Source: Callorhinchus milii
Lineage: Eukaryota
Assembly (NCBI RefSeq): GCF_018977255.1
Contig: NW_024704742.1
Location: 124,436,001 to 124,500,000 of the forward strand
Direction: 5' to 3'
DNA: 64,000 nt
Both the position numbers and the translations under genes were made by a program. The notes beneath the pieces were generated by a model that saw only the letters and a list, made by a program, of their open reading frames with translations, did not search any database and was not told the origin of the DNA. Below are positions 25,670 through 39,749 of this stretch, one piece after another; positions within the stretch are counted from its first letter, which is position 1, and the number at the start of each line of letters is the position of its first letter.

Positions 25670-26095
25670 TGCAAACCAGGCATTTCCTTACTCAGTTGAT
25701 AGTATACTCACCCCTGAGTCAGCCATTTGTGGCTTCAACACCCATCTCAGGACTTGGAACACAGTCTAAGGTGACACACTCCAGTGAAGTCCTGCAGGGG
25801 ACTAGATTGTCTTTCAGATAGGACATTAAATTGAGGCCCTGTCTGCTTGTTCAGGTGGACATTAACAATCCCATGGGAGTTTCTTCTTGTATCCTGGCCA
25901 AAAATCCCACAGATTAGCTTTTAAAAAATAATCTTTCACTTTATGGCTGTTTCTGGGACACTCCTGTGCATAAATTGGCTGCCGTGCTTGTCCACAAATA
26001 CACAGCCACTAACAATTCACAGTAAATTCTTGTGAAGAGCTTTGAGGCATCAAGAAAGACATAAGGCTCAATATCAATTGCAAGGATTATTATTT
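25670..26095 (+). mobile_element. Old Deu-domain SINE (SacSINE1/DeuSINE-like)
   Basis: tRNA-like head ctcagttgatag...ctgagtcag, then the Deu-like core gtctttcagat...ttaaa..gaggccctgtctgc..gttcaggtggac...atcccatgg. Confidence 0.8.
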
Positions 26096-26571
26096 CTGTG
26101 AGGACATGTTAGCGTGGCAAAGGAAGTTGATTTGCAGCAGCTCCTGTGTTTGTTATTTACACAGGAGGTTAGCCTAGTCTCATCTTTTTGATGTGAGAGG
26201 TTAGACATTCTTAAGTCCATACTTGTATGCTTTGAACTGTACTGAATCCAGCAGCAAGAGATGAGCATTCTCTGTAGCCTATCAAAGAATGATTCATCAG
26301 CTGTAGGTTTTCTATAGGATCAATGTTGATGACATAAACATGTAGAACCAAGCTTCCTTGAGAATTCCCACCCTACCACCAAGTATTCCAAGATTGCCTT
26401 GGCTCAGAGCCAAGCATTTATTTGAAGAGAATGTAGCCCTTTTCAGCTAGCTTCATCATTTGACCTTCCATCATAGATCAAATGTGACGAAGCTAGAGGG
26501 GGACGCCACTAGTAAATGATGAAATTGAGAATTTCTCCTGAAAGGTCCCTTGCATATGTGATATGGTAAGA

Positions 26572-26909
26572 TAATAGTATTAATCCTTGCATTTGATACA
26601 ATGCCTTATCATGTCGTTGAGATATCTCAAAGCGCTTCACAGAATGTCCTGTGAAGTGAATTGACTGTATATTTTGTTGGCAAAATAATAATAATAATAA
26701 TCCTTGCATTTGATATAGCGCTTTTCACGTCTTCTAGACGTCCCAAAGCGCTTCACAGAATATACTGCAAAGTGAATTGACTGTATATTCGTGGGCAAAC
26801 GCGGCAGCCAATTGGGCACAACAGTGTCCCACAAACAGTCATGGACTGAAAATGACCAATTTATTATTGTTTTGTTTTTTGGAGGGATTATTATTAGGTG
26901 TGTGGAGTG
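26572..26909 (-). mobile_element. Two young SINE 3' parts in tandem (26572-26682 and 26685-26909)
   Basis: The tail atccttgcatttgata...aagcgcttcacagaat occurs twice in the same orientation. Confidence 0.88.
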
Positions 26910-28090
26910 AATGAATATCGATCTATTTACCTCTTGAACTGTAAGCTCATCTCTAGTAATTAACTGTATGTTCTACATAGGCAATTTCACAGGAGAGTAT
27001 TTGTTCAAAAATAAGAAGAGGGATGAAAAAGAAAATCCATAAAATCATACAGCACAAAAATCAAGCAGGGGTGATCATTTTAGAAGATTGATTTTTTTTC
27101 AAACCTCTTGGAAAAGTTGCCCAAATCTCCTTGCATCTGGAACAGTAAAGTTTCAATCATACTTCAAGTGTGGAAACATGAGGGAAATCGGTTTATGTGG
27201 ATACAGAGAAATTATGATTATCGTTTGATTTTCTAAAGTATTATGGGGTGGCACACATATTTTTTTCAATACTAAGAGCTAATACTATTACCAGAGACAT
27301 TGAGACAACAATATAGCTGTCCATTATGTCAGACTTTAAAATGTACATTTTGAACAATCTCACTTCTAAAAGATGTTGTGCCAAATGAAAGATCTGACTC
27401 CTCTTCCCCTCCTTCCCTTTTATGGTGCTGAACTACTATTGCAATGGGGGAGGGATGTATATTGATGGTTTTCAGCTCCAGTCTATAGATATGCCACTGA
27501 GGCTCCTGGGGAGATAAAGTCCCTGTACCCATCTGTTTCCCAGATGCTCTCCTTAGTCAGTCTGGAATTATCCGAAATAAAAGATAAGGTTGGCAATGGA
27601 TGTCCTAATATAATGTGTGCTGGGGGCACTGTCTGTGTATATACACTACTGTATGAGTAAGACAGATGTTGGAGTCACCCTCACCATTTGTTGAATGGTT
27701 GGGAGTTGGGAAAAATGAGAAATTCTTGGCCACCCACTAGAGAAGCAGATTTAGCAGGAGAGCTAAACAATTAATATGATGCTCTACAAACTTGTCTGCA
27801 ACTATAAATACTTGACGTACTACAGTAAGTAGAGTTGCCATGATCCTGTCCCAGCAATTAAGATGGTTCTGTTTCCTTAAAATTTTGAATGATTTTACTA
27901 TCGTATATTTATCATATACAAGCGTTTTAACGTGCTTGACCAAGTGACAGCTTAATCTAACATCATACGTAAAAATAATGAAACATTAGGTTTGATTGAT
28001 AGTTTACATAAATGAGAAATCTGTGCTCTGGAGCAACATATAAGGAGTAGTTTATAGCATAGTTTTTAGCACACTCGTTTTGAAAGGAAG

Positions 28091-28423
28091 AGGACCTGGG
28101 TTCGATTTCCAGGCAGAGCAAACCTTAGGTAAGTTTCCTTACTCCACACACCTCTGTTTATCTAGCAGTATGTCAGAACTTGGTTGTTGGTCGATTAGCT
28201 GATTGCTTTCCAGGGGAAAGATCCCTCCAAAAAAAAGTGGTCACTCAATCTACAGCTGTCCGTGGGACACTACTGTGTGCAATTTGCCTACCATGTTTCA
28301 CCCACAAAATACAGTCAATCCACTTTACATTATATTCTGTGAAGCACTTTGAGACATCTCAACAACGTGATAAGGAGTTACATCAAATACAAGGATTATT
28401 ATTATTATTAATTATTATTATTA
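28091..28423 (+). mobile_element. Young SINE (long form)
   Basis: B box gggttcgattt, internal ctgtttatctagcagta segment, (ATT)n tail. Confidence 0.88.
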
Positions 28424-28809
28424 TATGGCAGAAGGTGCTGCATTTGGTGAATGACTAGGTGCTGGTGGAATAACCTAAAGAGCTGCTTAGTTTGGTAGCT
28501 CAAAGAAAGACCACATATTGTAGATATCAATTCAGATGAATTGGCAATGGGGCAATGGATGAATTTCAGATCGGCAAGAAAAACACAGATGGCTTGAAGA
28601 CATTAAGGAATAGCGTTAAGGAACTGAAGCTGATTAGAGTGTACACTAACGCAGAATTTAGAGGTGTTCGCCATAGAGGTAGCTAATCTCTGATTGGAGA
28701 TGGCACCTAAAGAGATAACATTCAAGTCAACAATTTGTTGAAAAAAATGAATAGAATTCTGTTGTAAAGGAATAAATTTACCTTCCTTTGCTCGGACAAC
28801 TAGGACATA

Positions 28810-28960
28810 CATTTCAATATGCATTTATGTAGATCTTTTCACATAGGGAGCACGTCTCAAAGCACTTCACGTTGCTGGATCGGTATCTGAACTGGGTGTG
28901 GGAGCTGAGTGGGGGTCGAGGGGAAAGATGAACAGGGAAGGAGCAAGGGAGACAAAGTGT
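28810..28960 (-). mobile_element. Degenerate L2 3' tail
   Basis: catttatgtagatcttttcaca...tctcaaagcacttcac followed by purine-rich 3' UTR-like sequence. Confidence 0.5.
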
Positions 28961-29735
28961 AAAAGCAGAGCAGGATCAATTTGCACCTAAAAGGTCAGTT
29001 ATTATAGTTTATGGTAAGTCATTGTGAGATCAAAAAAATCAAAAGAAAAACCTTTTACAGAAATATTTAGTACGATCTAGTATGAAAAGCTAGTACAAGT
29101 GCGGTGACTTTTTGTAGATATGTGTGGCAACTATTTGTGCAAAAGGATGCATGACTGGAAGCAACAACGTACAAAATGGAAAAAATACATCAAGTGAGAT
29201 CAAGCACTTCTTATAACTCAAATGTGGTTGAGTTTTACAGCCAATAAAACAAGAGCATTCCTTGTAAATTTAACCAGAATTGTAACCAAATGAATGAAAT
29301 TGCACCCTGCAACTGAAACTGCATTATTGACAGCAATATCCCACACCCACTAAAAATATTTTGCTCCGGGAACAGTAATGTGATGACCATCACGGTATTG
29401 TGACATAATGGTATAGTCAGGTGCTTTATTCATTCCAAGTAAAGAAAACTGTGGACACACCACTGCCTTAACTCAGAGAAATGTTGAGACATTGGAGATA
29501 AAGAATTATGTAAAGTTCTTTCTTCTATTTATGATTCCGCAATGCTTTGGATACACGTTACAAAATACAAGTGTCCATCTATGCTGAGACTACAATAAAT
29601 ATGTAAATATGCAGGAATAATACTGTTAATATCGACTGGATACCAGTACCATTTTGCAAACCACCATTCTCCATAGTGCTGCAGAGTTGCATGGGTGCAT
29701 ATCCTGCGTGCTGACATCCATATAAATGTTCGCAA

Positions 29736-30063
29736 GTGAGAGACTGGTTTGTCAGTTCCCAGCAGGGCAAAACATTGGGCAAGTCTCCTTACTCCACATA
29801 CCTCTGTTTACCTAGCAGTAAGTAGGAACCCAGTTGTTAGTCGATTGACGGATCGCTTTTCCAGGGGTAATAAATTCCTTAAAAATAAATAATAAATTGG
29901 TCACTCAATCCTTGACTATTTGTGGGACACTGCTGTGCGCAATTGGGTCCTACGTTTCACCCACAAAATATAATCAATTCACTTATATTCAGTATATTCT
30001 GTGAAGCGCTTTGAGACGTCTCAAAGATGTGATAAGGCGCTATATCAAATGCAAGGGTTATTA
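29736..30063 (+). mobile_element. Young SINE (long form)
   Basis: gcaagtgagagactgg...ctgtttacctagcagtaagtaggaacc...canonical tail. Confidence 0.9.
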
Positions 30064-30454
30064 TATGCATGCATGTTTTAACATGCCGAAACAGTATGAT
30101 GATGGTTATTCCCCACTGCTCTACTTCAACACTTGTAGACTCATTAAATAAATAAGTTAGAAGATATGCAACCCTTTTTCTATTCCAGCAGAAGCCTTTG
30201 TTGCTAATTTGATTGCTTAGGCCAGATGGTAGTGACATTTGTTGCGGTCGATTAAGGGTGGGTTTATATCAATTCTAAGCAACAGACAAGTGAATCATCT
30301 ATGTATGCTGTCTCACATTACACGCAAACACTGAACAAGCATAGGTTTGGATTAATACAGCTTGCTTTGTGCCAGTGCAATATGAAAAAACTGTAGCAAA
30401 ACTGTAGTATTATTAATTGAAAGTAATATAACCAGGATATTTATTTACATCAGC

Positions 30455-30960
30455 TGATAGTCCAATGCAGTGCTGGGGTGCACTGCATTCTTAGAGGTGC
30501 AGCCTTCAGTTAAGATGTTAAACTGATGTCCCATCTGCCTGTTCAGGTAGAAATGAAGCATCTCATTTAAAATACTTTAAAAAGAAGGGAGTTTTTCCGA
30601 GGGTCCTGGCCACAAATTCCTTAAATTCAATTTGGTTATTCACTTCATGGCTATTTGTGGGACATTGCTGTGCACAAATTGCTGCACATTCGCCTACAAA
30701 ATACAGTTACTACACTTTACAGGAAATCCTGTGAAGCACTATATGTCCTTCCAACGTGAATAGGCACTATATCAAATGCAAGGATTTTTAAAAAGTTGAT
30801 TTAATATGTTATCCAAAGAATCACATCTCCAATAGCACTCCAAGCACGTATCGGAATATCAATCTAGACTATGTGCTGAAGTCTCAATGCAATAAGCTAA
30901 CATCCGAGTCAAAGGTAAGAGTCAAAGGTAAGAGTGCTTCCGACTGAGCCAGGTTGATAC
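30455..30960. mobile_element. Old Deu-domain SINE (plus, 30455-30790) followed by a SINE head fragment (minus, 30810-30960)
   Basis: Deu-like core at 30500-30615. The head fragment carries a 13-bp tandem duplication gagtcaaaggtaa. Confidence 0.7.
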
Positions 30961-33900
30961 CCATCAGTAAAAAATTAAAAGCTGGAGTGAAAATCTCTGT
31001 CTGCACAGCACTTATCTGGTGTAATATGTTGTCCATTGATTCTATACTGTTACTGTAAAACAAGGAGAAGGCTCTTTTATCAATCTCAATGGAAAACAGA
31101 CAACAACATACAACGATGATGAAAGATTGCTTTCACAGAAGATTCAACCTGCATACTCAAAGATGCATTATTCCTTATATGATATAGGCTAGTACCACCT
31201 GTCTCATTAATTTAGGATATAACCAATTTAAAAACAAACAAAAATGACGTAGAATATGATACAGTGAAGGACATAACGATCTGAGAAGAAAATATAGGTT
31301 GCATCTCTCTATTATGAATCATATGTCTTCCAACAACATATTTCCCTTTTCCTTTTTACAGCTATTTTTTCATCATTCAGTAGCTCTGGAAGATACATTT
31401 TAGATCTAATTTGTAAACTTTAATATATGCAAAAAATATACTTCACACTGGCCTCATTAATGCAAGAAAAGAAAATGCTTACTAATTCCTTTACCAGTTT
31501 TGCCTTTGACATTTCTAATGGATTTTTTCACCAAGTTATCTTACTGCTTAACACATCATCCCCATTTCTTCCACTTTCCGAATTTCTTTATGGTATGCAG
31601 TTTCTGCAGTTAAGGAGGCAGACAGCAGACTTGCTTTAGGCTTCTCCAATGCTGGTCTATGACATTCGCTGGGAGGCACATGCAATTAGCTCACGTTGAA
31701 TAGCTGTTAAGATTTTTCCTTCATGTGATGGAATGAATAGGTCAATGGTTTTGTGTTATGGTTTTAAATATTTTCTAAGTTAATTTCTAAAATTGCATCC
31801 TCTTCATTAAAAATCGACCTTTTGTGTTCACTGGTGTCCTAGATGCCTCAATTTCTACCATTCATACATTTCAATCCCATTTAGCCACAACTCCAGACTT
31901 TCAACCTAAATTTCTGAGTAGGTAAAGCAGAGTTGAATTCAGATTTCTAACTCAAGTGAAAATATAAAATACAATAGTCAGATTCAATATGTAAGACCGA
32001 AGTTTCATGAAGTGCACAGTCCTGTTGTAACACACTTCTTCATAGTTGCAGTGTGAACCCCTGCAACTGCACATGTGCACAGCCGTCCTGCTTCCTGGCC
32101 ATCAGGTTTCCACTGACCTCACTATGCGCATCCACAACAAACAGAAAGTGATGTCTGCAGTGACTAGTGACCCGAATGTTGGCCTTTTTTTTTAGCAAGG
32201 GAACCAGCTGACATAAAGGGAGCAACTCGACTAGCTGTATGCATACACAGTGAAACTAGCTATGGCTCTTCTTTACAGTGTGGTTTGGCATTTTGCAGAT
32301 CCCAGCCACCATGTTATAACAAGGCTCCACTGCATTTGAACCTTATGGTGTACACAAAGCTGATCAATGGTGACAGTCACATGCTGCGTGTTTCTTCACT
32401 ATTTTTCCAACTTCATTCTGCATATCTTAGATCACACTGTGCCCATACAATTTTTCTTTCCCTTTGAATGTTAGTTTAAATGTCTGATGTGAATCCATAA
32501 GTCTTTTAAATATATTTTAAACATGGCATCAATATGCAAATCCAAATCAGAATCATATTGATTAAAAAACTTCATCTGAAGTACAATAAAAAATTACAAA
32601 ATGCTCATTTGACTCTTATGGTTTATTTGTACATTTAAATTTACTAAAGCACCTTTTGAATGCTTCCAAATGGACAAAATTGGTTTCTACTAAGCAGAAA
32701 AGAGGACTGAATGGATACAAAGTTCAATCACAGCCGAACAATTTTTTGCCCCGAAATAAACAGGAGCAACTGAGTCCAAGATTAAAAAAACAATTATAAT
32801 GTCATTTAATGTAGTGAACAAGTATTTTTCAATGAATGTTGCTTGGCCCCACATTTCAAAGTTCAGACATGTGCTGTGCTAAAACATACTACAAACTGTC
32901 CTATTCAAGGGCTGTTAATCAGCAGTTTGCATGAGCTACTCTCATGTCATAAAGCAAAACTATAAACAAGATTCTACAGCATTTGTGCAGGAATATATAG
33001 CAAATTGGAAGCATCTGTTTCCAATCTAGCACTAGGCCAGTTTGTAGATTAATTTCATCCAGGACAGTTCATATAACTGTACTTTGTGAGTACAGTTATA
33101 TCACAATCATAACTGTACTCACTAAGATGCAACTTAAGCTAAGCTGCAATAAACTAAATTTCATTAAATGTAAACATCTAACAAGGGTGAATACTATAGA
33201 ATAGAATGATTATGGATGATTGATATGAAGTCATTTGATAAATGATGAAATGCATTGGCCATCATAAAACAAATCATAAAGGATCTATGAAGGTATACCT
33301 TCTTATGAGGACACAGATTTCTCTTTTCCCCATACTGATCTTATCCTCCTCAAAAACTCAAGGGAATGGGGGGATTTCATACCCGCTGGTACAATGTCTG
33401 TGTTGTCTGAGGAAGATGTTTTTTTCATTAAATTTGTCCCATAAAATCAATTTGTTGATTAGACAGGGCTCAACATAAAATAAAATGTTTGTTTTATTGA
33501 ATATTGAGAATATTGAAGTGATCACATTTCCTGCAGTTGGCTGGTAAACCACCCTAGGTCAAATATTATTGCAGGTGCAATCTTTATTATCTATACTTCT
33601 AAGCACTGTATTTCAATTTATATTGAGAAAAAATTGTTTCTGAAAAGCATGTACAGTTTTAATAAAATTACAGATCTGGCATGAAATACTGCAACTGCAT
33701 TACCGAAATTCATATTTCAAGTTAAATCAGCAATATGTAATTAACATACTACAATGAGAGCGTTGAGATCCTCCAATGTGAAAGGTGCTATACAAATATA
33801 AATTGTATTGTAGTACACCACACGTAAGTACTATACCAGTTATGAAACTGTACCAAGTACATCCTTTCTGTATTTTAAGCACATTAGTTTGCTGATGTTT

Positions 33901-35959
33901 AAGAATTTAAATAAAATATTACAACACATTTGTTGAGATGTGCTGTGGAATATGTTTTCTTCTAATACCCTGGATACTTCTGCCATCCACAGTGTTAGTC
34001 CACCAGTTACAAATAATTAAATGGATTAACTTTAACAGTTACAAATAATTCAATGGAATTTGAGAAAGAGATATCTCCCAGCAATTAAGGCAATAATTTC
34101 ATATACCTGAAATACAAAATTTACTGGCATCAGACCACATAGCTAAAAGTTAACCGTTAGTTAGGTTTTTTAATAATTCTTGCATTTGATATAGCGCATT
34201 ATCATGTTGTTGAGATGTCTCAAAGCACTTCACAGAATTTTGTGGCCGAAATTTTATGCAATTAGAAACAATGAGTCATCAAAACTAGAAGTTTCCATAT
34301 CTTCCTAACAAATGAGGATTCTTTATTGATGAATTCAGCAGACTGAAGCTGGCAATTTGACAGTCAGCTGTTAGAACAGTCGATTTGAGGCCACTTTGAA
34401 GACAAAACCATCTTAACTTACATTCATTGTTCCTGCTTGCTAAAGGCATGTAGGGTACTGCAGAATAGCTGAGCTATTGCCAAAGCTAGGAGAAAAAAAA
34501 GCTTGGCATCTATCACATACTTGACACCTAAAGGGCAAAGAAGCTCTAAATATTCCTATTCCCTGTAGGCTCAGTCAGTCTAGACAAGCTGATTTCACAG
34601 AGTTTTTAAATGCATTACAACACTCCATTGTGATCACCTCATTCTTCCAAGTCCAGACACCATCCAGAAAAACAGGTTTTCAAATCTCCAAAATCAAGTT
34701 GTTTTTAAAAAAAACTATTTGAGCATGTGTTTTTGCACTTCAGTCTAGTTAAAACTTAAATAGTTTAATATCATCATAGAAATTATCCAAAATATGTGAT
34801 GTTTTAAAAAACTAATAGGATTCAAGATGAGATTTTGAAGCTGAAACATTTATTTTTCCAGCCTATCGCATAGTAAATCTTGACAGACTGCATTTCTGGT
34901 TACTAACTTGTAGTTTTGAGATTTTCTTATAGCATATTGTGCATTAAACTCAGTGTGAAAAACAATTCTGCTGGGACAGATTTTTACCATGCAGCAGCAT
35001 TAAGTATACTCAAACCGCAACATATTTCAAAGCCATCAAAAACTTGAATCGGCATATCAAAGCGGAACTCATCCCTACTTAAAATTGGCTATTTGAATAG
35101 TTTCAGCGTCTTGGGATGTCCTCTTGAAGTGAAAGGTCTAAATAAATGCAATTTGTTATTGTTGTAGTTGATTTACAGAATCCCCTTTGCCATGTGTTCA
35201 GAATTGTGCAACTGAGTTGTGGAGAAATAAAGCTTGAGAAACTACATTTTACATTCTTGGTGTCATTTTATTTGCTTCTTTATTCATAGCTAAGTTTAAA
35301 AACAATAATTCTAGATGGGGTGCAATATTAAAACTACTTGATGACAATAGTATTTTGAAATGAATTTCTTTGAATAATGATTTCACAATTAGAGTTAAGT
35401 GCCAAGGTTATTTGACCTGTGTGAATGATAACTAATTGGCAGCTTTATAGTCATGGAAAACAAAAATTCTTATGGTGTCTTCAAACCGTGTTTAATACTT
35501 CAGTTATTATACCTTGTAAGGACTGATTTTACAATGCCCATCAAACCTGCCCACTCCTGATGCATTACTTTCTCTAGTCCATTTGGTACATCTCAAGGTT
35601 TCAGCCCTAGCAAACTTGGAACAATAATTGGAAAGGTTAAAGACTGGTTACAACATATATTTAGCTTTGGTGGAGAGCCAAAAACTGAAGCAGCTTTCTT
35701 CCCCGATTGTACTTTTATTGTACCTGGATAGTTTTTTGTGAATTTAATAAACTATCTTGATTGAAAAGTTTTGGGTAAACCTTTCCTATTTCAGAAGGAA
35801 GTTTTGAGTAGACCTTTCATTTTCATTGTCGCACATACAATCCACATAAAACATGATGATGCATTTCAACCTCATTTAGGTCATTGTCTTGCATTTTCCT
35901 AAAAATTACACAGGTTACCAAATACTTTAAGTGGTGTTTTACAAAAACCTCATCAAAAA

Positions 35960-36250
35960 ACATAATAAGCGTTGGATTTGATATTGTGCCTTATCAAGTT
36001 ACTGAGACGTCTCAAAGAGCTTCACAGGATGCGCAGTAAAGTGCAAAGTGTAGTGATTGTGTGTTTAATCATCCACTTTATAAGGCAGACAGGACCTTGG
36101 TTTAATGTCTCACCCAAAGGTCGGAACCTCCATCAATGCGTGCACCCATAGCACTGCATTGGAGTGTCATCCTTGACCACGAGTTCAAAGTCTCGTTGTG
36201 GACTTGAACCCACAACCTCTGACTCAGAGCAGAGTGCTACCAACTGAGCA
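35960..36250 (-). mobile_element. Old Deu-domain SINE, internally deleted
   Basis: Tail at 35975-36040 and head ...ctctgactcagagcagagtgctaccaactgagc. Confidence 0.75.
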
Positions 36251-36583
36251 TGTAATTAGATTTATTAGTCAATTGGGATGTAATCTTTTAAAGATCATTA
36301 CAGAATCCCAGGAGACAGAGGGACAATTAAACTAAGAACTTGACGTATTGTGTGATTCAATTGCCAAGAAAGACGTATGCTCCCTGGATGAAAATGTTTT
36401 GCAAGGCAGAATTTAGCATTGTAAAACCTGGTCTGACTAAGCACAAACGTTTGCATCTTTAGATTCCCCACTACGTAATATTTTGTCTATATATTATTAG
36501 TCAGCTATCATGACTAGCCTGGTAATAGATATCAGAAAACCTGACCCTTCCACTTTTGCCATTCCCCCAAAGTCTGGCTGTTA

Positions 36584-36723
36584 TAATAATAATAATCCTT
36601 GCATTTGATACAGTGCCTTATCACGTCTTCAAGACGTCTCAGAGTGCCTTACAATGTTTCGCCCTGCCGGGAATCCATCCCAGGTAAAGCGAGTGCTCTA
36701 ATTACAAAGCTACAGGATTCCAC
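36584..36723 (-). mobile_element. Young SINE with head joined to tail (body deleted)
   Basis: Tail at 36584-36652 abuts tttcgccctgccgggaatc...gctacaggattccac. Confidence 0.8.
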
Positions 36724-38572
36724 ATAAAACCGTTGTTACTGTTTCACTCAAGGCTGCCTACACTTCATCCACTTTTTGCTAACACCCTTTCTCCAGCCAC
36801 CCTTCCTTTCGTAAATGCTATTGCTCTCCAGCCGTGCCACAACACATTTCATCACAAACCTTTTGGGACTGTGGGAACGTAAAATGTGTCTCTTTTGTCA
36901 TCAGATGATGTCCAATTGCTCGCTATTACTGCTTGCAATTGCAACTTCCTGTTGGTGATCAATAATTTTGAGATCTAACCTCCTCTCAAAAAGGTAGACT
37001 TTTCAATTCTTGCAAACTGCAGAAAAATTGTGCTTGAAACCATCTGATATTAAAAACACGGCAGGTACAACTGGGCTTTGTCCACTCAACGCTGTCAGAA
37101 TGGCCTGGGAACATGATCAGACTCGTTTAATGTTAAAGAGCTGGTCACACCACTAGAGCAGAAAAACATCTTTGCAAAGTCGTCCTTTTCTTAAAAAAGA
37201 AACATTAGCAAAGGAGAGTTGTCAAGCAATTGGCTTGAAAACAAAAACACCCTGATACACACATCCAAACCTGCGCAATTTGCAGCTCTGGCTAAAAACA
37301 ATGAAATGGAATGGGCATTACACATCCATCTGCTTACTCTACATCTCCGCAATGTCAGGAGTGAAGGGAGTGAAGGGATTTCTTTCCTCGTTGTCATAAC
37401 CACAGCAATGAAGTAGACTGATAAATACAACCAGCTTTCACACAGAACCATATTAATTTTTATCCCAAAATACACTTTGAAATTTAAGGTGACATTTTTT
37501 TTAAATGTAAAAACAATGTTTTGCAGATGCAGCTTTTATTTTGTTGTAGCAGCAAACATTACTTAATCTTTCCATTCTTTTCATGAACATTCTCAATTAT
37601 CTTCCTCAATTTAATCAAAAATGCACATTTTTAAAGTTAAAATTTACTAAAGATTATTACATTGTGTACCCTTCTGATATTTAGCTCACTATCTGGCAGC
37701 TGGAAATGCAGCCTTAATGAGGGAAGGGAACGAAGGCCCCTCTGAATGCAAGGGATTCCTCCTCTTCCCGGATATCTCAACAATAGGTCAAAAGAGTGAA
37801 TTCCCTAAAACCATCCTGCTTTCACCACTCTCTCATTACTTTCAACCAGATACTCTTGAGGAGCCTAGCATTAAGATCTCCTTTCACCAGTCACTGACAG
37901 TGAACCTGTATAATAACTGCTGACTGGCAGAGACAAGCTTCCTCTTCTGATGGTTTAATTTTATTTCACTGTTAAAAGTATTCCAATTTTACCTTCACTA
38001 AAACACACTGGTCTGTAGATTAGAAGCAGTCAGTGTGTTTAGACATTAACAGTATGTTGATAAGCATAGACACATTACTTCCAACAGTTCAAAATAATTG
38101 TTAAAAAAACCTCTACTGTACTAAAAACATCTAACATACTTGCAATTGATCCAGCATGTGTTGAAAAGTCTCAAAGCATTTCATAGCGTGAGTTGCTTTG
38201 AAGCACAGTGACTGTAGAGGGAAACCTTGTTTATAGCTATGTGTAATAGCTCACCAACCATGTTAAACAAGACACAAAAAAGTCTGACTTCCAGATTGAC
38301 AGGTCACTGTTGACATCACTTCCTGAGTGTTGTACACATGTGCAGCACTCATGAATTGACGTCAGTAGCAACCTGACAACCCAGAATTTGGCAATTTTTT
38401 ATTGTGGAAAACCATGAATCAGTGTACCATGCTAAGCTTGTGTTCTAAGCAAGACATCAGTGTATTAATGGGGTTTCCTTATAGGTAAAGAAATCCAGAA
38501 ATTAGTCAGCAACCTACCACAAATAGTAATGAAATCATGTGATGAGGAGGAATATTGGTCAGTACAAGTACG

Positions 38573-38686
38573 TTTCGCTCACAAAACATACAGTCAATTC
38601 ACTTTACAGTATATTCTGTGAAGCGCTTTGAGACGTCTCGAAGATGTGATAAAGAGCCATATCAAATGCAAAGGTTCTTATTATTA
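38573..38686 (+). mobile_element. Young SINE tail
   Basis: Near-consensus tail sequence. Confidence 0.85.
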
Positions 38687-39119
38687 AACTTTGGCTTAAC
38701 ATATCAGCTACAGCACTCCTTCAGTATGTACAGGGCAACCTAGTTATAATGCAGTTTTCTGAGTCCAATATCTCAATATCTTATTATAAGCAAAGCACGG
38801 AAACAAAATTCTATGCCAAGAGGTCACTGCTCGTCACTTCCTGTGTGTGCACTCTGCGTAAGAAGAGGCCCTGACATGACATCCCTTGTGAAGTGACATC
38901 AGCAATGTTTTCTCTGCATAGTGTGCATTGTGCCCAGGAAGTGCTGTTAGCGACAACACAGAAGTCAGTGATTGTTTATCACAGGCAGCCAGGTGTAACA
39001 CACTTCCAAATAGTGCAAATCCATAGCCACAACAGCAGCATATACTGTGAGAGGAGGTATTATAACAAGGTTGCACCACATTGTAGCCCTTTGAAAACAA
39101 GCATCTATCTATCTTTTAA

Positions 39120-39690
39120 TATATTGCATTTGATATGCTATTCATATCAGGATGTCTCAAAACGCTCACAAGATTTATTGTTAAGTGTATATTGTAGGCA
39201 AACATCAGCCTACACACAGCAATATCCCACAAACAGCCATGAAGTAATGGCCAGCCTTATCTGGAGAATTACCCAGGGGCCAGGACACCAGGAGTAACGT
39301 CCTTTTTTCGAACAGCAACAGCTGGGATTTGGAACTCATATTGTCTAAGCTGACACTGCAATACAGTGCGGGGGATGTGCTGCATTGTTCGAAGTGCCTT
39401 CCTTCGGATGAGATGTTAAACGGAGGCCCTATCTGCTTGTTCAGGTGGACATTAAGGATCCCATGGCACAAATCGAAAAGAGAAGAAATGTTTTGCTGGT
39501 GTCCTGGCCAACAATCCCCCAAATAGCATTGGTCATTCATTTCTTCGCTGTTTGTGGGACACTGCCGGGTCCAAATTGGCTGCTGCGCTCCCCACTAGGC
39601 AGTCACTACACTTTATGATATATCCTAAAGCACTTTGGGACGATCCTCCTGATGTGAAAGGTGCTATACCAAATGTAAGGATTATTACTA
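39120..39690. mobile_element. Two old Deu-domain SINEs back to back (minus 39120-39310, plus 39325-39690)
   Basis: The plus copy has a clear Deu core cttcggatgagatgttaaacggaggccctatctgc...gatcccatggcac. Confidence 0.8.
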
Positions 39691-39749
39691 TATCTTATAA
39701 AGTTGTTTTTACATGTAACAGTATATCAAGCTCTAAAGCTTGTAAAATA

